64,000 nucleotides of DNA from an uncultured Gemmatimonadaceae bacterium (GTDB lineage: Bacteria > Gemmatimonadota > Gemmatimonadetes > Gemmatimonadales > Gemmatimonadaceae): NCBI GenBank assembly GCA_963761305.1, contig CAVXGK010000002.1, forward strand, positions 2,528,001 to 2,592,000. The letters are read 5' to 3'. Under the pieces are notes generated by a model. The model had not been told where the DNA came from. It ran no database searches and worked only from the letters and a program-made list of their open reading frames with translations. The stretch's first letter is position 1; the number at the start of each line of letters is the position of its first letter. Made by a program: the position numbers and the translations under genes. Of this stretch, positions 46,323-55,784 are shown piece by piece.

Positions 46323-48335
46323 ATGACGGGAAGCCCCCCACCCCGCCCGCCGCGCGTGCTCACCGACCGCGAACGTGCCGCGCTCGTCGCGGCATGCGAC
46401 GCGTTTCATCCGACTCTCGCTGCCGAGGGCACGGATGATCCGTCGCTGTTCGTCGCCAGCGCGACAAGTCTTGGCGTCCCCGCAGCGGCGGAAGAAGCGA
46501 TCGGCATCCTGGCGCCCGCCGACCGTTCGGCGCTCAAACGACTGCTCCGACTGCTCGAAAGTCCGATCCTTCCGCTCCTGATCGGCAAGCCGCGGCGAAT
46601 CTCGAAGTTGAAGAGCGCGGATCGGGAACGGCTGCTTCGCGCGATGTCGACGAGCCGCTTGCCGTTCTTGCGGAGCGGATTTCAAGCGCTCAGGCGGCTT
46701 TCGAGTTTCCTCTTCTACAGCACGACAGACGAGACGGGCTGCAACGCGACCTGGCCGCGCATCGGCTACACGCCGTCGCCGAAAAGCATGGTGGGCGCCA
46801 GCACGATTCGCACGATGCGCTACGACACCGACGCGACCGTCGATTGCGACGTGTGCGTGATCGGATCGGGCGCCGGCGGCGGCATCGTGGCCGGCGAGCT
46901 CGTGGCGCGCGGCTTCAGGGTCGTCGTCATCGAAAGCGGACCGGGCGACCAGGCCCCGAATTTCTCGCAGGACGAGTTGGCCGGAACGCGCCGGCTGTAT
47001 CTCGACAGCGGCCTCACTGCGTCGCACGATCTCGGCGTGTCGATCCTCGCCGGCGCGTGTCTCGGCGGCGGCACCACGGTGAACTGGCAGACGTGTCTTC
47101 GCACGCCAGACTACATCCGCGACGAATGGGCCGAGCGGTCGGGCTGCGGACTCTTCACCAGCGATCAGTTCACGCGCGCGCTCGACATGGTGACGATGCG
47201 CCTCGGCGTTTCGCCGGACGAGAGCGAGGTGAACGCCAACAACGCGGTGATCCGCCGCGGCTGCGAATCGCTCGGCTACGCGTGGTCGGTCTGCGAGCGA
47301 AACGCGCGCGGATGCGACACGGCGCAGTGCGGCTACTGCGTTTACGGCTGCCGCGCCGGTGGCAAGCAGTCGACCGTCGTCACGTATCTGCACACGGTGG
47401 GACGCAGCCGAAAGTCGAAAATCGTCACCGACTGCCGCGCGGATCGCCTGATCATCGAGCGGAATCGCGTCGAAGGTGTCATCGCGAAAACCGTCGATGG
47501 CTCGGGTGCCGAGATCACGGCGGAGATTCGCGCGAACGTCGTCGTCGTGTGCGCGGGCGGCATCGGAACGCCTGCGCTGCTGGAGCGATCCGGAGTCATG
47601 CTCCCGCAGCTCGGACGCAACCTGTTCATTCACCCGACGACGGCGGTCGCCGGCGTCTACGGCGATCGCGTCGAGCCGTGGCGTGGTCCGCCGCAGTCGA
47701 TCATTTCGAACCAATTCGAGCGCGTCGACGGGAACTACGGGTTTCGGCTCGAGGCGGCGCCGGTGCATCCGGGACTGCTCGCGCTCGCCGCGCCATGGAC
47801 GTCGCCTTGCGCGCATCGGCGGTTGATGCAGCGGAGCGCGCACGTCAGCGCGACGATCGCGCTCGTCCGCGACGCGACGGCCGGCCGCGTTCGCCCGCGA
47901 GGCGACGGCACCGTCCGCATCGACTACAAGCTCGGCAAGCCGGAACGCGCGCTCGTCGCTCAGGGTATCGCCGCGGCAGCGCGCCTGCACCTCGCCGCCG
48001 GCGCCGACGAAGTTCACACGCTCTTCACGCGGGGAATGACGTTGTCGAAGTCGGCGTCCACCTCCGAGGCAGACGCCTTCTACCGACGCCTCGAGACGGA
48101 GCCGGTCGACCGCAACTGGTCGATGCTGTTCAGCGCTCATCAGATGGGCACGTGCCGCATGGGTCGCGACGCCCAAACCGCCGTGTGCGACCAGCGCGGG
48201 CAGGTCTTCGGCGTCACCGGGCTCTACGTCGCCGACGCGAGCCTGTTCCCGGCGTCGAGCGGCGTGAACCCCATGATCACCGTGATGGCGATGGCGACCT
48301 GCGTCGCCGAAGGAATCGCCAACGGCGGCGAATGA
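46323..48335 (+). CDS. GMC family oxidoreductase (long-chain alcohol oxidase-like)
   Basis: VIGSGAGG, LGGGTTVNW, SAHQMGTCRMG, DASLFP..SGVNP. Confidence 0.9.
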   Translation: MTGSPPPRPPRVLTDRERAALVAACDAFHPTLAAEGTDDPSLFVASATSLGVPAAAEEAIGILAPADRSALKRLLRLLESPILPLLIGKPRRISKLKSADRERLLRAMSTSRLPFLRSGFQALRRLSSFLFYSTTDETGCNATWPRIGYTPSPKSMVGASTIRTMRYDTDATVDCDVCVIGSGAGGGIVAGELVARGFRVVVIESGPGDQAPNFSQDELAGTRRLYLDSGLTASHDLGVSILAGACLGGGTTVNWQTCLRTPDYIRDEWAERSGCGLFTSDQFTRALDMVTMRLGVSPDESEVNANNAVIRRGCESLGYAWSVCERNARGCDTAQCGYCVYGCRAGGKQSTVVTYLHTVGRSRKSKIVTDCRADRLIIERNRVEGVIAKTVDGSGAEITAEIRANVVVVCAGGIGTPALLERSGVMLPQLGRNLFIHPTTAVAGVYGDRVEPWRGPPQSIISNQFERVDGNYGFRLEAAPVHPGLLALAAPWTSPCAHRRLMQRSAHVSATIALVRDATAGRVRPRGDGTVRIDYKLGKPERALVAQGIAAAARLHLAAGADEVHTLFTRGMTLSKSASTSEADAFYRRLETEPVDRNWSMLFSAHQMGTCRMGRDAQTAVCDQRGQVFGVTGLYVADASLFPASSGVNPMITVMAMATCVAEGIANGGE

Positions 48336-48383
48336 CGCGCGGTCTGTGCCCGCGCCGAGGCCGCCGTTAGGATTCGACGATCA

Positions 48384-49685
48384 ATGATTCGAACCACGCT
48401 CGGTACCCTCCTCGTCGTTTTCTCGACAACCGTGTCGCCGGCGGCCGGGGCCCAGGCCCGTCCGGCGCAACGGGCTGCCCCGGTCGACACGCGCACCGAC
48501 CCGCTGCACCAGGCCGGGCGCGACGTCACCATCTCTCTCCTGACGATGGGCAACGGCACCCAGGTCTGGGAGCTGTTCGGCCACGACGCGATCTGGATCC
48601 ACGACCTCGTCACGAATCGCGATACGGTGTTCAACTGGGGCGTGTTCAACTTCCGCCAGCCCCGGTTCCTTCAGCGTTTTCTCAAGGGCACGATGCTCTA
48701 CTCCATGGGCGGCGATTCCATGGAGAACATCTTGTACGAGTACCGGGTCTGGAATCGCACCGTGCTGGCGCAGGAGTTGGACCTGACGGCGGCGCAGAAG
48801 GACTCGATCCTCGCGGCGATCCGGCTCAACGCGCAGCCGGAAAACATCGACTACCGCTACGACTATTTCCGCAACAACTGCTCGACCCGCGTCCGCGACA
48901 TTCTGGACAACGCGCTCGGCGGGGCGTTGCGCAAAGAGGCGGCCGCGCTCACCGGCACGACGTACCGCTGGCACGCGCTCCGGCTCATGCAGCCCCAACC
49001 CGCCATCATGCTCGGCGCGGACATCGGCATGGGGCGGCCGGGAGACGTGGAGATCTCGAAATGGCAGGCGATGTTTCTGCCGCGACAGCTGCACGATTTT
49101 GTGGCCAGCATTCGCGTCGTCGACAGCACCGGGACTGCGCACCGCCTCGTGAAGCGGGAAACGGTGCTGTTTCAGTCGAACCGCCCGCCGGAACCCGACG
49201 CGCCGCCCAAGTTCGGCAACTGGGCGCTGCTCGGCGGGATCGCCATCGCCGCGCTGCTCACCTGGCTCGGCGTCGCCGCGACGAGTCGGGGCGATTGGAC
49301 GAGGTTCGTCGCGGGCGCCGCATTCGCGCTCTGGTCGCTGGCGGCAGGATTTCTTGGCACGATCCTCGTGCTGCTCTGGGGCGTCACGGACCACGTGTTC
49401 GCGCACCAGAATGAGAACTTGCTGATCTTCAATCCGCTCTGGCTGCTGCTCGTCGTGCTCGCCCCCGTCTACATCATTTCCGGCCGCGCCGGCGGGGCAA
49501 CGCGCGCGGTGGCGCGGACGATCGGCGCGCTCGCGGTGATCGCGCTCCTCATCCATCTAGTCGGGCTGTCGGCGCAGACCAACCTTGCGATCATCGCCCT
49601 CGGACTGCCACCGGCCCTCGCCGTCGCCGTCGTTACGGGGCGACGGCCAGTGACGGCAAGCCAGCGGCTCGCAGCTTTGCGTTGA
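48384..49685 (+). CDS. DUF4105 domain membrane protein (Lnb-like)
   Basis: FGHDAIW, FNWGVF, YRYDYFRNNCSTRVRD, then about 5 TM helices. Confidence 0.85.
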   Translation: MIRTTLGTLLVVFSTTVSPAAGAQARPAQRAAPVDTRTDPLHQAGRDVTISLLTMGNGTQVWELFGHDAIWIHDLVTNRDTVFNWGVFNFRQPRFLQRFLKGTMLYSMGGDSMENILYEYRVWNRTVLAQELDLTAAQKDSILAAIRLNAQPENIDYRYDYFRNNCSTRVRDILDNALGGALRKEAAALTGTTYRWHALRLMQPQPAIMLGADIGMGRPGDVEISKWQAMFLPRQLHDFVASIRVVDSTGTAHRLVKRETVLFQSNRPPEPDAPPKFGNWALLGGIAIAALLTWLGVAATSRGDWTRFVAGAAFALWSLAAGFLGTILVLLWGVTDHVFAHQNENLLIFNPLWLLLVVLAPVYIISGRAGGATRAVARTIGALAVIALLIHLVGLSAQTNLAIIALGLPPALAVAVVTGRRPVTASQRLAALR

Positions 49686-52600
49686 CGGCGGCGAGCTCCG
49701 TCGTGCGGAGCGCCGTCCAACGTTTGTTCAGCGACTCCGCGGCGCGATGCGCGTCGACCGCCGTGACGAGACCCTGGTCGGTCAATTCGGCGTCGGTGTC
49801 ATCGACGAGCGACATCGCGGCCTGCAGTTCACCGTTGGTCGAGGCGATGCTCGGCTGACCAGCCGCGCCTCGTCCACCGCGCCCGCGGCCTCCGCCACCT
49901 CCTCCGCCACGACGTCCGCCACCGCCTTGACCGGCGAGCTCGTTGAGCTTCTCGTCGTACGTCGTCAGCGTTGGCGCCAGCGACGCGTCGGCGCGGGCGC
50001 GGACGTCGGCAATCTTGGCGCGAAGGTCGCGAATCTTTGCCGTCGTCGCCGAATCGTCCGCGATGTCCTGCCACAGCGCGACGGCCAGCGTATGCTGGCG
50101 CGCGAGAATCGCCGGCGGCGTCTTCACGCGCGGATCCATGCGAATCGTGAGCGGCTGCGTCTGGCTTTTGTCGCCGACGGTGAGACGTACTCGGTACGTA
50201 CCGGCGATGGCGAGCGGTCCACGCGGTTCGCGCGGCGTGTCGAACGGAACAGCCGAGATCGGATACTGACCCGGCTGCGTGCTCGTTCCCGCGGGCGGGA
50301 AGTACCGCAGATCCCAGACGAAGCGATGAAAGCCAGGCGCGGCGGACAACACCTTCGTCGGACGAATCCAGTACGAGGGAGTATTGCCGAGGTCCGTCGG
50401 AGCCATCGAAGTGTCTCGGCTCGAGTAACGACGAATCACACGGCCGCCGCCCGCGTCGAGAATCTCGAGCGTGGCGTCGCCGCTCGTTCCCGCGCCGACG
50501 TAATAATCGATGATCGCGCCGTCGGGCGGATTCTGCGCGCCCGGTTCGTCGGGCGGAATCGGCGTGTCGGGGTACTTGGCCGATCGAAAACGAATCGCTG
50601 TCGCCGGCTTGAAGAGCGTGAGCGACGACGAGGACGCACTCGGCGCGATCTCACGCAGCGGCTCGACATCATCGAGAATCCAGAACGATCGCCCGTGCGT
50701 GCCGACGGCGATGTCGTCGTCCTTGACCACCAGGTCGCGAATCGACGTCGCCGGCATGTTGAGGCGGAGCGACGACCAGTGGTCGCCGTCGTCGAATGAC
50801 ACCCAGACCTGCGTCTCGGTTCCGGCGAACAGCAGGCCGCGCCGTTTGGAATCCTCGCGGACCACGTTCACCGTCGCGCCATCGGGAATTCCGTTCGTGA
50901 TCTGCGTCCACGTCTTGCCGCCGTCGTGCGTGCGGAAGATGTGCGGCCGCAAGTCGTCGAGGCGGATCGTGTTGACCGCCGCGTACGCCGTTCTCGCGTC
51001 GAAGCGCCCGGCGTCGATGATCGAGACTTTGCTCCACGGATGATCGCGCAACTCGGGCGGCGTGACGTCGGTCCAGTGCGCTCCGCCGTCGCTAGTCGTG
51101 TGAATCAGACCATCGTCGCTTCCCGCCCAGATGCGGTTGATGTCGACGTACGACGGCGCGACGGTGTACACCACCCCCGGATGTCGCGCGCGCGCCACCG
51201 CCGAGGTGGAGTACACGCCGACGCTCGGCGGCACGACCGAGTCGGTGCGGGTGAGATCCGGACTGATCGCCGCCCACGTCTTGCCGCCGTTGATCGTTTT
51301 CCAGACGACGTTCGACGCGAAGAACAGCGCGTGCGGATCCACGGTCGAGAAGACGAGCGGCGCCGTACGCAGCGTGCGATAGTCGGTCACGCCGCCGGGC
51401 GGCGGACCGCCGCCGCGCCCGATGCGCGGCCCGACTTCCTCGATCAAACCGGTGCGCCGATCGTAGCGCGTGACTTTTCCGCCGTAAACCAGATCCGGGT
51501 CGAGCGGATCCGGCGCGACGTAGCCGTACTCTTCGGTCCCGACCGGATGCCAGTCCCAGGCGAGAATCCGTCCGTCGTCGCCGCGGCTGCGCACGCACGC
51601 CGAGCCCGACTCCTGCTGGCCGCTGCACACGCGGTACGGAAACGCGTTGTCCGTCGCCACGTGATAGAACGCCGCCGTCGGTTGGTTGAGCCACGAGCTC
51701 CACGTCGCGCCGCCGTTGACGGTGACGATCGCACCCTGATCGCCCACCAGCAGGATGATGTTCGGATCGATCGGGTTGATCCACAGCCGTTGGTAGTCGT
51801 CGCCGCCCGGAGCGCCGCGAAGCGCCTTCCACGTCTTGCCGCCATCGGTCGACTTCCACGACACCACGCTCGCCGTGTACACGACTTCCGGATTCTTCGG
51901 ATCGACTTTCACTTCGGCGAAGTCCGACGCGCGGCTCGCTACACGATCGTCAGTCGTCGCGGGATGGAACGTTTCCCCGGCGTCGTCGGAGCGGTACAGA
52001 CCCGCGCCGCGGCGCGCATCGATCGTCGCGAACATGCGGCTCGGCATGCTCGGCGCGACGGTGATGCCGATGCGGCCCAGGCCATCCTGCTCGTACGTCG
52101 GCAGCCCGGAGCCGACACGCTTCCACGTCCCGCCGCCGTCGGTCGACTTGAAGAGGCCGCTGCCCGGCCCGGAGAACTGGCCGTTCTCCCACGGCCCCTG
52201 CCGCGCCTCCCACAGCACGGCGTAGACGACGTCCGGGTTTGCCGGATCGAGGACAACGTCCACCGCCCCGGTATTCTCGTCCTTGTATAGGACTTTCTGA
52301 AACGTGCGGCCGCCGTCGGTGGACTTGAACAGGCCGCGCTCGGCGTTCGGCCCGTACGGGTGGCCGAGCACGGCGACGAAAAGCTTGTCGGGATCGCGCG
52401 GGTCGACGGCGATCTGCGGGATCTGCTGCCCGTCGCGAAGGCCGAGGTGCGTCCACGTGGCGCCGGCGTCAGTCGACTTGTAGATGCCGTCGCCGACCGA
52501 AAGGTCGGGGCGCTGGAGTCCTTCGCCGCTGCCCACGTAGATGACGCTCGGATTCGACGGTGCGACGGCGATCGCGCCAATCGAGCCGGTCGTGGCCTCG

Positions 52601-52842
52601 TCGAAGATCGGATTCCACGTCCGACCGAAGTCGGTGGTCTTCCACACGCCGCCGTTCACGACACCGACGTAGAACACGTTCGGCTGATTCGGGATGCCGG
52701 CCGCCGCCTTCGTGCGGCTGGCGCGGAATGGGCCGACCATCCGCCAGCGCATCTCGGAGTACATCGACGGGTCGATGTGTTGCGCGGCGAGCACTATGGG
52801 GCAGCCGGCCAGCAAGACGAACGCCAAGCGCGAGAGACGCAC
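49633..52842 (-). CDS. Secreted VPS10/sortilin-like BNR-repeat beta-propeller protein (putative glycosyl hydrolase)
   Basis: Signal peptide; WRMVGP; many KSTDGG.TW Asp-box repeats. Confidence 0.88.
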   Translation of the reverse strand: MRLSRLAFVLLAGCPIVLAAQHIDPSMYSEMRWRMVGPFRASRTKAAAGIPNQPNVFYVGVVNGGVWKTTDFGRTWNPIFDEATTGSIGAIAVAPSNPSVIYVGSGEGLQRPDLSVGDGIYKSTDAGATWTHLGLRDGQQIPQIAVDPRDPDKLFVAVLGHPYGPNAERGLFKSTDGGRTFQKVLYKDENTGAVDVVLDPANPDVVYAVLWEARQGPWENGQFSGPGSGLFKSTDGGGTWKRVGSGLPTYEQDGLGRIGITVAPSMPSRMFATIDARRGAGLYRSDDAGETFHPATTDDRVASRASDFAEVKVDPKNPEVVYTASVVSWKSTDGGKTWKALRGAPGGDDYQRLWINPIDPNIILLVGDQGAIVTVNGGATWSSWLNQPTAAFYHVATDNAFPYRVCSGQQESGSACVRSRGDDGRILAWDWHPVGTEEYGYVAPDPLDPDLVYGGKVTRYDRRTGLIEEVGPRIGRGGGPPPGGVTDYRTLRTAPLVFSTVDPHALFFASNVVWKTINGGKTWAAISPDLTRTDSVVPPSVGVYSTSAVARARHPGVVYTVAPSYVDINRIWAGSDDGLIHTTSDGGAHWTDVTPPELRDHPWSKVSIIDAGRFDARTAYAAVNTIRLDDLRPHIFRTHDGGKTWTQITNGIPDGATVNVVREDSKRRGLLFAGTETQVWVSFDDGDHWSSLRLNMPATSIRDLVVKDDDIAVGTHGRSFWILDDVEPLREIAPSASSSSLTLFKPATAIRFRSAKYPDTPIPPDEPGAQNPPDGAIIDYYVGAGTSGDATLEILDAGGGRVIRRYSSRDTSMAPTDLGNTPSYWIRPTKVLSAAPGFHRFVWDLRYFPPAGTSTQPGQYPISAVPFDTPREPRGPLAIAGTYRVRLTVGDKSQTQPLTIRMDPRVKTPPAILARQHTLAVALWQDIADDSATTAKIRDLRAKIADVRARADASLAPTLTTYDEKLNELAGQGGGGRRGGGGGGGRGRGGRGAAGQPSIASTNGELQAAMSLVDDTDAELTDQGLVTAVDAHRAAESLNKRWTALRTTELAAVNAKLRAAGLPSLAVAP

Positions 52843-52937
52843 TGAGACCTGAGCGTGAGAAGGAAGGCCGCGCGCCGAAATGGCGCGCCGCGTCGGATTC
52901 TGGCACCGGAGGTTGGCGGCGGCAAGACATTTCCTCC

Positions 52938-53393
52938 ATGACCGAACTTCTGCTTTCCCTCGTCGGCCACATGCGTTGGGCCGATGCGATCGTCGCCGAG
53001 TCGCTGCAGCGCGACGCCGACTCCGAGGCGGCTCGCCTCTTTGCGCATATCGCGGCCGCCGAGCATCTCTGGTTCGCTCGGATCGAGTCACGAGCGCCGG
53101 ACTACCCCGTGTGGCCCGACGCAATGACTCCTTCACAGGCCGCCGCGGTCGCGGCGGAGCACGCGGATTTGTACGAGCGGCTCGTGCGCGCCGCGAGCAC
53201 GAGCGAGCTGGCGCGCATGGTGGCGTATCGCAACAGCGCGGGGCGCGACTTCCAGAGCCGCGTATCCGACATCGTCACGCACGTCGCGATGCACGGCAGC
53301 TACCACCGCGGTCAGATCGCGCGTCAGCTGCGCGCGGCGGGACGCCAGCCGCCATACACGGATTTCATTCAGTACACCCGGCGGGACCAGTAG
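52938..53393 (+). CDS. DinB family protein
   Basis: HMRWAD, HIAAAE..W, HVAMHGSYHRGQ. Confidence 0.9.
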   Translation: MTELLLSLVGHMRWADAIVAESLQRDADSEAARLFAHIAAAEHLWFARIESRAPDYPVWPDAMTPSQAAAVAAEHADLYERLVRAASTSELARMVAYRNSAGRDFQSRVSDIVTHVAMHGSYHRGQIARQLRAAGRQPPYTDFIQYTRRDQ

Positions 53394-53550
53394 GCGGGCT
53401 GGATGATCTGCGCAGCCCAGGTCTCAGTGGACGGACGCGTGCGCCCTTCGGCGAATGTCGCCGCCTGGCGTCCGCTGCGGCATTGATCCTGCCCTTTTCG
53501 GAGCGACCGGTTCGCGGTACGCGCGAGACCGGTAGAAAGGGAGAAAGGGT

Positions 53551-53955
53551 ATGCAAAGAACGCGAATGCGACGCGCGCGCTCGTTGCTCGTCGTCGCGCT
53601 CGGCGTCGGATGTGCGCGATATCACGAAACATCGGCCGGCGGTGAAGTCACCAAACCCGGCGACCTAGATGCCACGGTAGTGCTGCACGTCCAGAACCTG
53701 GGCATGAGAAGCGTCGAGCTGCGGGCGATTCAGGACGGACGCTCGAGATTCATCGCTTCGGTCGGCGCTCAGGACACGACGAGCATTCAGCTCGATCCGC
53801 TCCTCTTCCCGACGGCGAGCCTGTTCATCGCGGCGTACGCGCAGGCGGGCGGACAACGCATCGTGGTCGGGCCGCTGGCCGCGGGCAAAGGCGACCAGAT
53901 CGACTTCACGGTTCAAGAAGGTCTGGTGGGGAGTCAAGCGAACGTTCATCGGTAA
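53551..53955 (+). CDS. Hypothetical lipoprotein
   Basis: Basic N-terminus, hydrophobic stretch, LGVGC lipobox; GGAG RBS. Confidence 0.7.
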   Translation: MQRTRMRRARSLLVVALGVGCARYHETSAGGEVTKPGDLDATVVLHVQNLGMRSVELRAIQDGRSRFIASVGAQDTTSIQLDPLLFPTASLFIAAYAQAGGQRIVVGPLAAGKGDQIDFTVQEGLVGSQANVHR

Positions 53956-55210
53956 CGACGGCTGTCAGCTCGGCCAATCGTTTCTCGATGAATCGGCGCT
54001 CCGGTTCGAGCGTCGCGAGCGCCAGCGCCTTGCGATAGTCACGCGCCGCAGCGTCGAGCTTTCCCACGCGACGGCGCAGATCCGCCCGAACGGCGTAGAG
54101 CAGGTGATACTCGCGCAGCTCGCCCCGCGCGTGAATCGCGTCGACGAGCAGGAGCGCCGCCGACGGTCCGTCGACCATGGCGACGGCCACGGCGTGATTG
54201 AGCTCGACCACCGCGCTCGACGTCTGCGACAGGAGCAGCGCGTACAGGCCGGCGATCTGCCGCCAATCCGTCTCGGCGGGTGACGACGCCCGCGCGTGCA
54301 GCGCCGCGATCGCCGCTTGAATGGCGTACGGCCCGGCACGCCCGCGCCTGAGCGTCTTCTCCACGAGCACCAGCCCTTCGTCGATCTGCCGACGATTCCA
54401 TCGCGACCGATCCTGCTGCTCGAGCAACACGAGCTCACCGTCGGGCGAGCTTCGCGCCTCTCGACGCGCGTCGTGCAGAAGCATCAGCGCCAGAAGCGCC
54501 GACGCCTCGCGCTCGTCGGGCATCAGCGCCACCAGCACACGCGCCAGCCGAATCGCTTCCGCGCACAGCTCGCGACGCACGAGCGCGTCGCCCGCCGTCG
54601 CGGCGTAGCCTTCGGTGAAGACGAGGTAGATCACCGACAGCACCGATTCCACCCGATCGGGAAGCTCGCGAGCCGGCGGCACGCGGTACGGAATGCGCGC
54701 GTGGCGGATCTTCGCCGTCGCACGGACCAATCGCTGCGCCATGGTCGGCGGTTGGACGAGAAACGCGCGGGCGATTTCGTCCGTCGTGATGCCGCACACC
54801 GTGCGCAGTGTGAGCGCGACCTGCGCCTCGCGCGCCAGCGCCGGGTGACAGCAGGTGAACATCAGCCGCAGGTAGTCGTCGTCGACCTCGTGGTCGTCGC
54901 CGCCGGAATCAGCGTCGAGCTCGGTCTCCGACATGGACGCCGCGAGTTGGGGAGCGCGTTCGGCGAAGCGCGCGTCCCTGCGCATGCGATCGATCGCGCG
55001 ATGGCGCCCCGCGCTCACGAGCCACGCGCGTGGATTCTCGGGCCAGCCCATTGCGGGCCACTGCTCCACCGCCGCCGCAAACGCGTCCTGCGTCGCCTCC
55101 TCGGCGGTGTCGAAATCGCCGAGGAGGCGGATGAGCGTGGCGCGCACGCGCCCGGATTCGTCGCGATAGAGCGTCGCGATTCGGTCGTGGGCCGGCGCGG
55201 TAGCGGTCAC
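53906..55210 (-). CDS. ECF42-type sigma factor with C-terminal TPR-like extension
   Basis: [42 protein letters not shown]; downstream of a DGPF gene. Confidence 0.92.
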   Translation of the reverse strand: MTATAPAHDRIATLYRDESGRVRATLIRLLGDFDTAEEATQDAFAAAVEQWPAMGWPENPRAWLVSAGRHRAIDRMRRDARFAERAPQLAASMSETELDADSGGDDHEVDDDYLRLMFTCCHPALAREAQVALTLRTVCGITTDEIARAFLVQPPTMAQRLVRATAKIRHARIPYRVPPARELPDRVESVLSVIYLVFTEGYAATAGDALVRRELCAEAIRLARVLVALMPDEREASALLALMLLHDARREARSSPDGELVLLEQQDRSRWNRRQIDEGLVLVEKTLRRGRAGPYAIQAAIAALHARASSPAETDWRQIAGLYALLLSQTSSAVVELNHAVAVAMVDGPSAALLLVDAIHARGELREYHLLYAVRADLRRRVGKLDAAARDYRKALALATLEPERRFIEKRLAELTAVVTDERSLDSPPDLLEP

Positions 55211-55569
55211 GCAGGAACTGGGGCCGTCATTTCCTGAATCGGACGCACCTCGATGGCGCCGGTGCGCGCTCCGGGGATGCGCTCGGCGAGCGAGATCGCC
55301 GCGTCGAGATCCGGCGCGTCGACCAGATAGTAGCCGGCGAGCTGCTCGCGCGTCTCGGCGAACGGTCCGTCGGTCGTCTGGCGTTTGCCGTTGCGCACGC
55401 GGACCGTGGTGGCCGTCTTCGTCGATTGCAGACCGTGCCCGCCCTTGTAGTTGCCGCTGGCGACGATGGTCTCCGTGTAGTCGCGGTACTCCTTCGACAT
55501 CTCCCGCACCGCCCCGTCGGACATGACTCGATCTGATTCGTTCTGGTAGATGAGCAAGAGGTACTGCAT
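55207..55569 (-). CDS. YciI/DGPF family protein
   Basis: [21 protein letters not shown]. Confidence 0.93.
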   Translation of the reverse strand: MQYLLLIYQNESDRVMSDGAVREMSKEYRDYTETIVASGNYKGGHGLQSTKTATTVRVRNGKRQTTDGPFAETREQLAGYYLVDAPDLDAAISLAERIPGARTGAIEVRPIQEMTAPVPA

Positions 55570-55619
55570 CGGGCCTTCTCCTGTTGAAGTGAGTTGTCGT
55601 TCGCTGCACCCGACAACTG

Positions 55620-55646
55620 GTCGAACGAGGCGGCGCGGAATCGACA
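55620..55646 (-). promoter_or_regulatory. Putative ECF42 autoregulatory promoter
   Basis: Minus strand TGTCGA-N17-CGAC upstream of the DGPF gene. Confidence 0.7.
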
Positions 55647-55784
55647 GAGCACCCGAACGCGTTGGGCCGGCATACGTTACGGCGCCGATTTGACCGGCGC
55701 GACCGAACGCGGGTTATAGGGGTAGAAGCGGCCGCGATCCACTCGTAGCTTTTGCCGAGTCGGCTCCCTCACCAGTCCACGTCT

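Noticed and set aside
49633..49685. About 50-bp convergent 3' overlaps (also 53906-53955)
   Set aside because: Common in compact high-GC genomes; no sign of dedicated function.
53394..53550. Hairpins between the DinB and lipoprotein genes
   Set aside because: Generic GC-rich stems without a U-tract or known motif.
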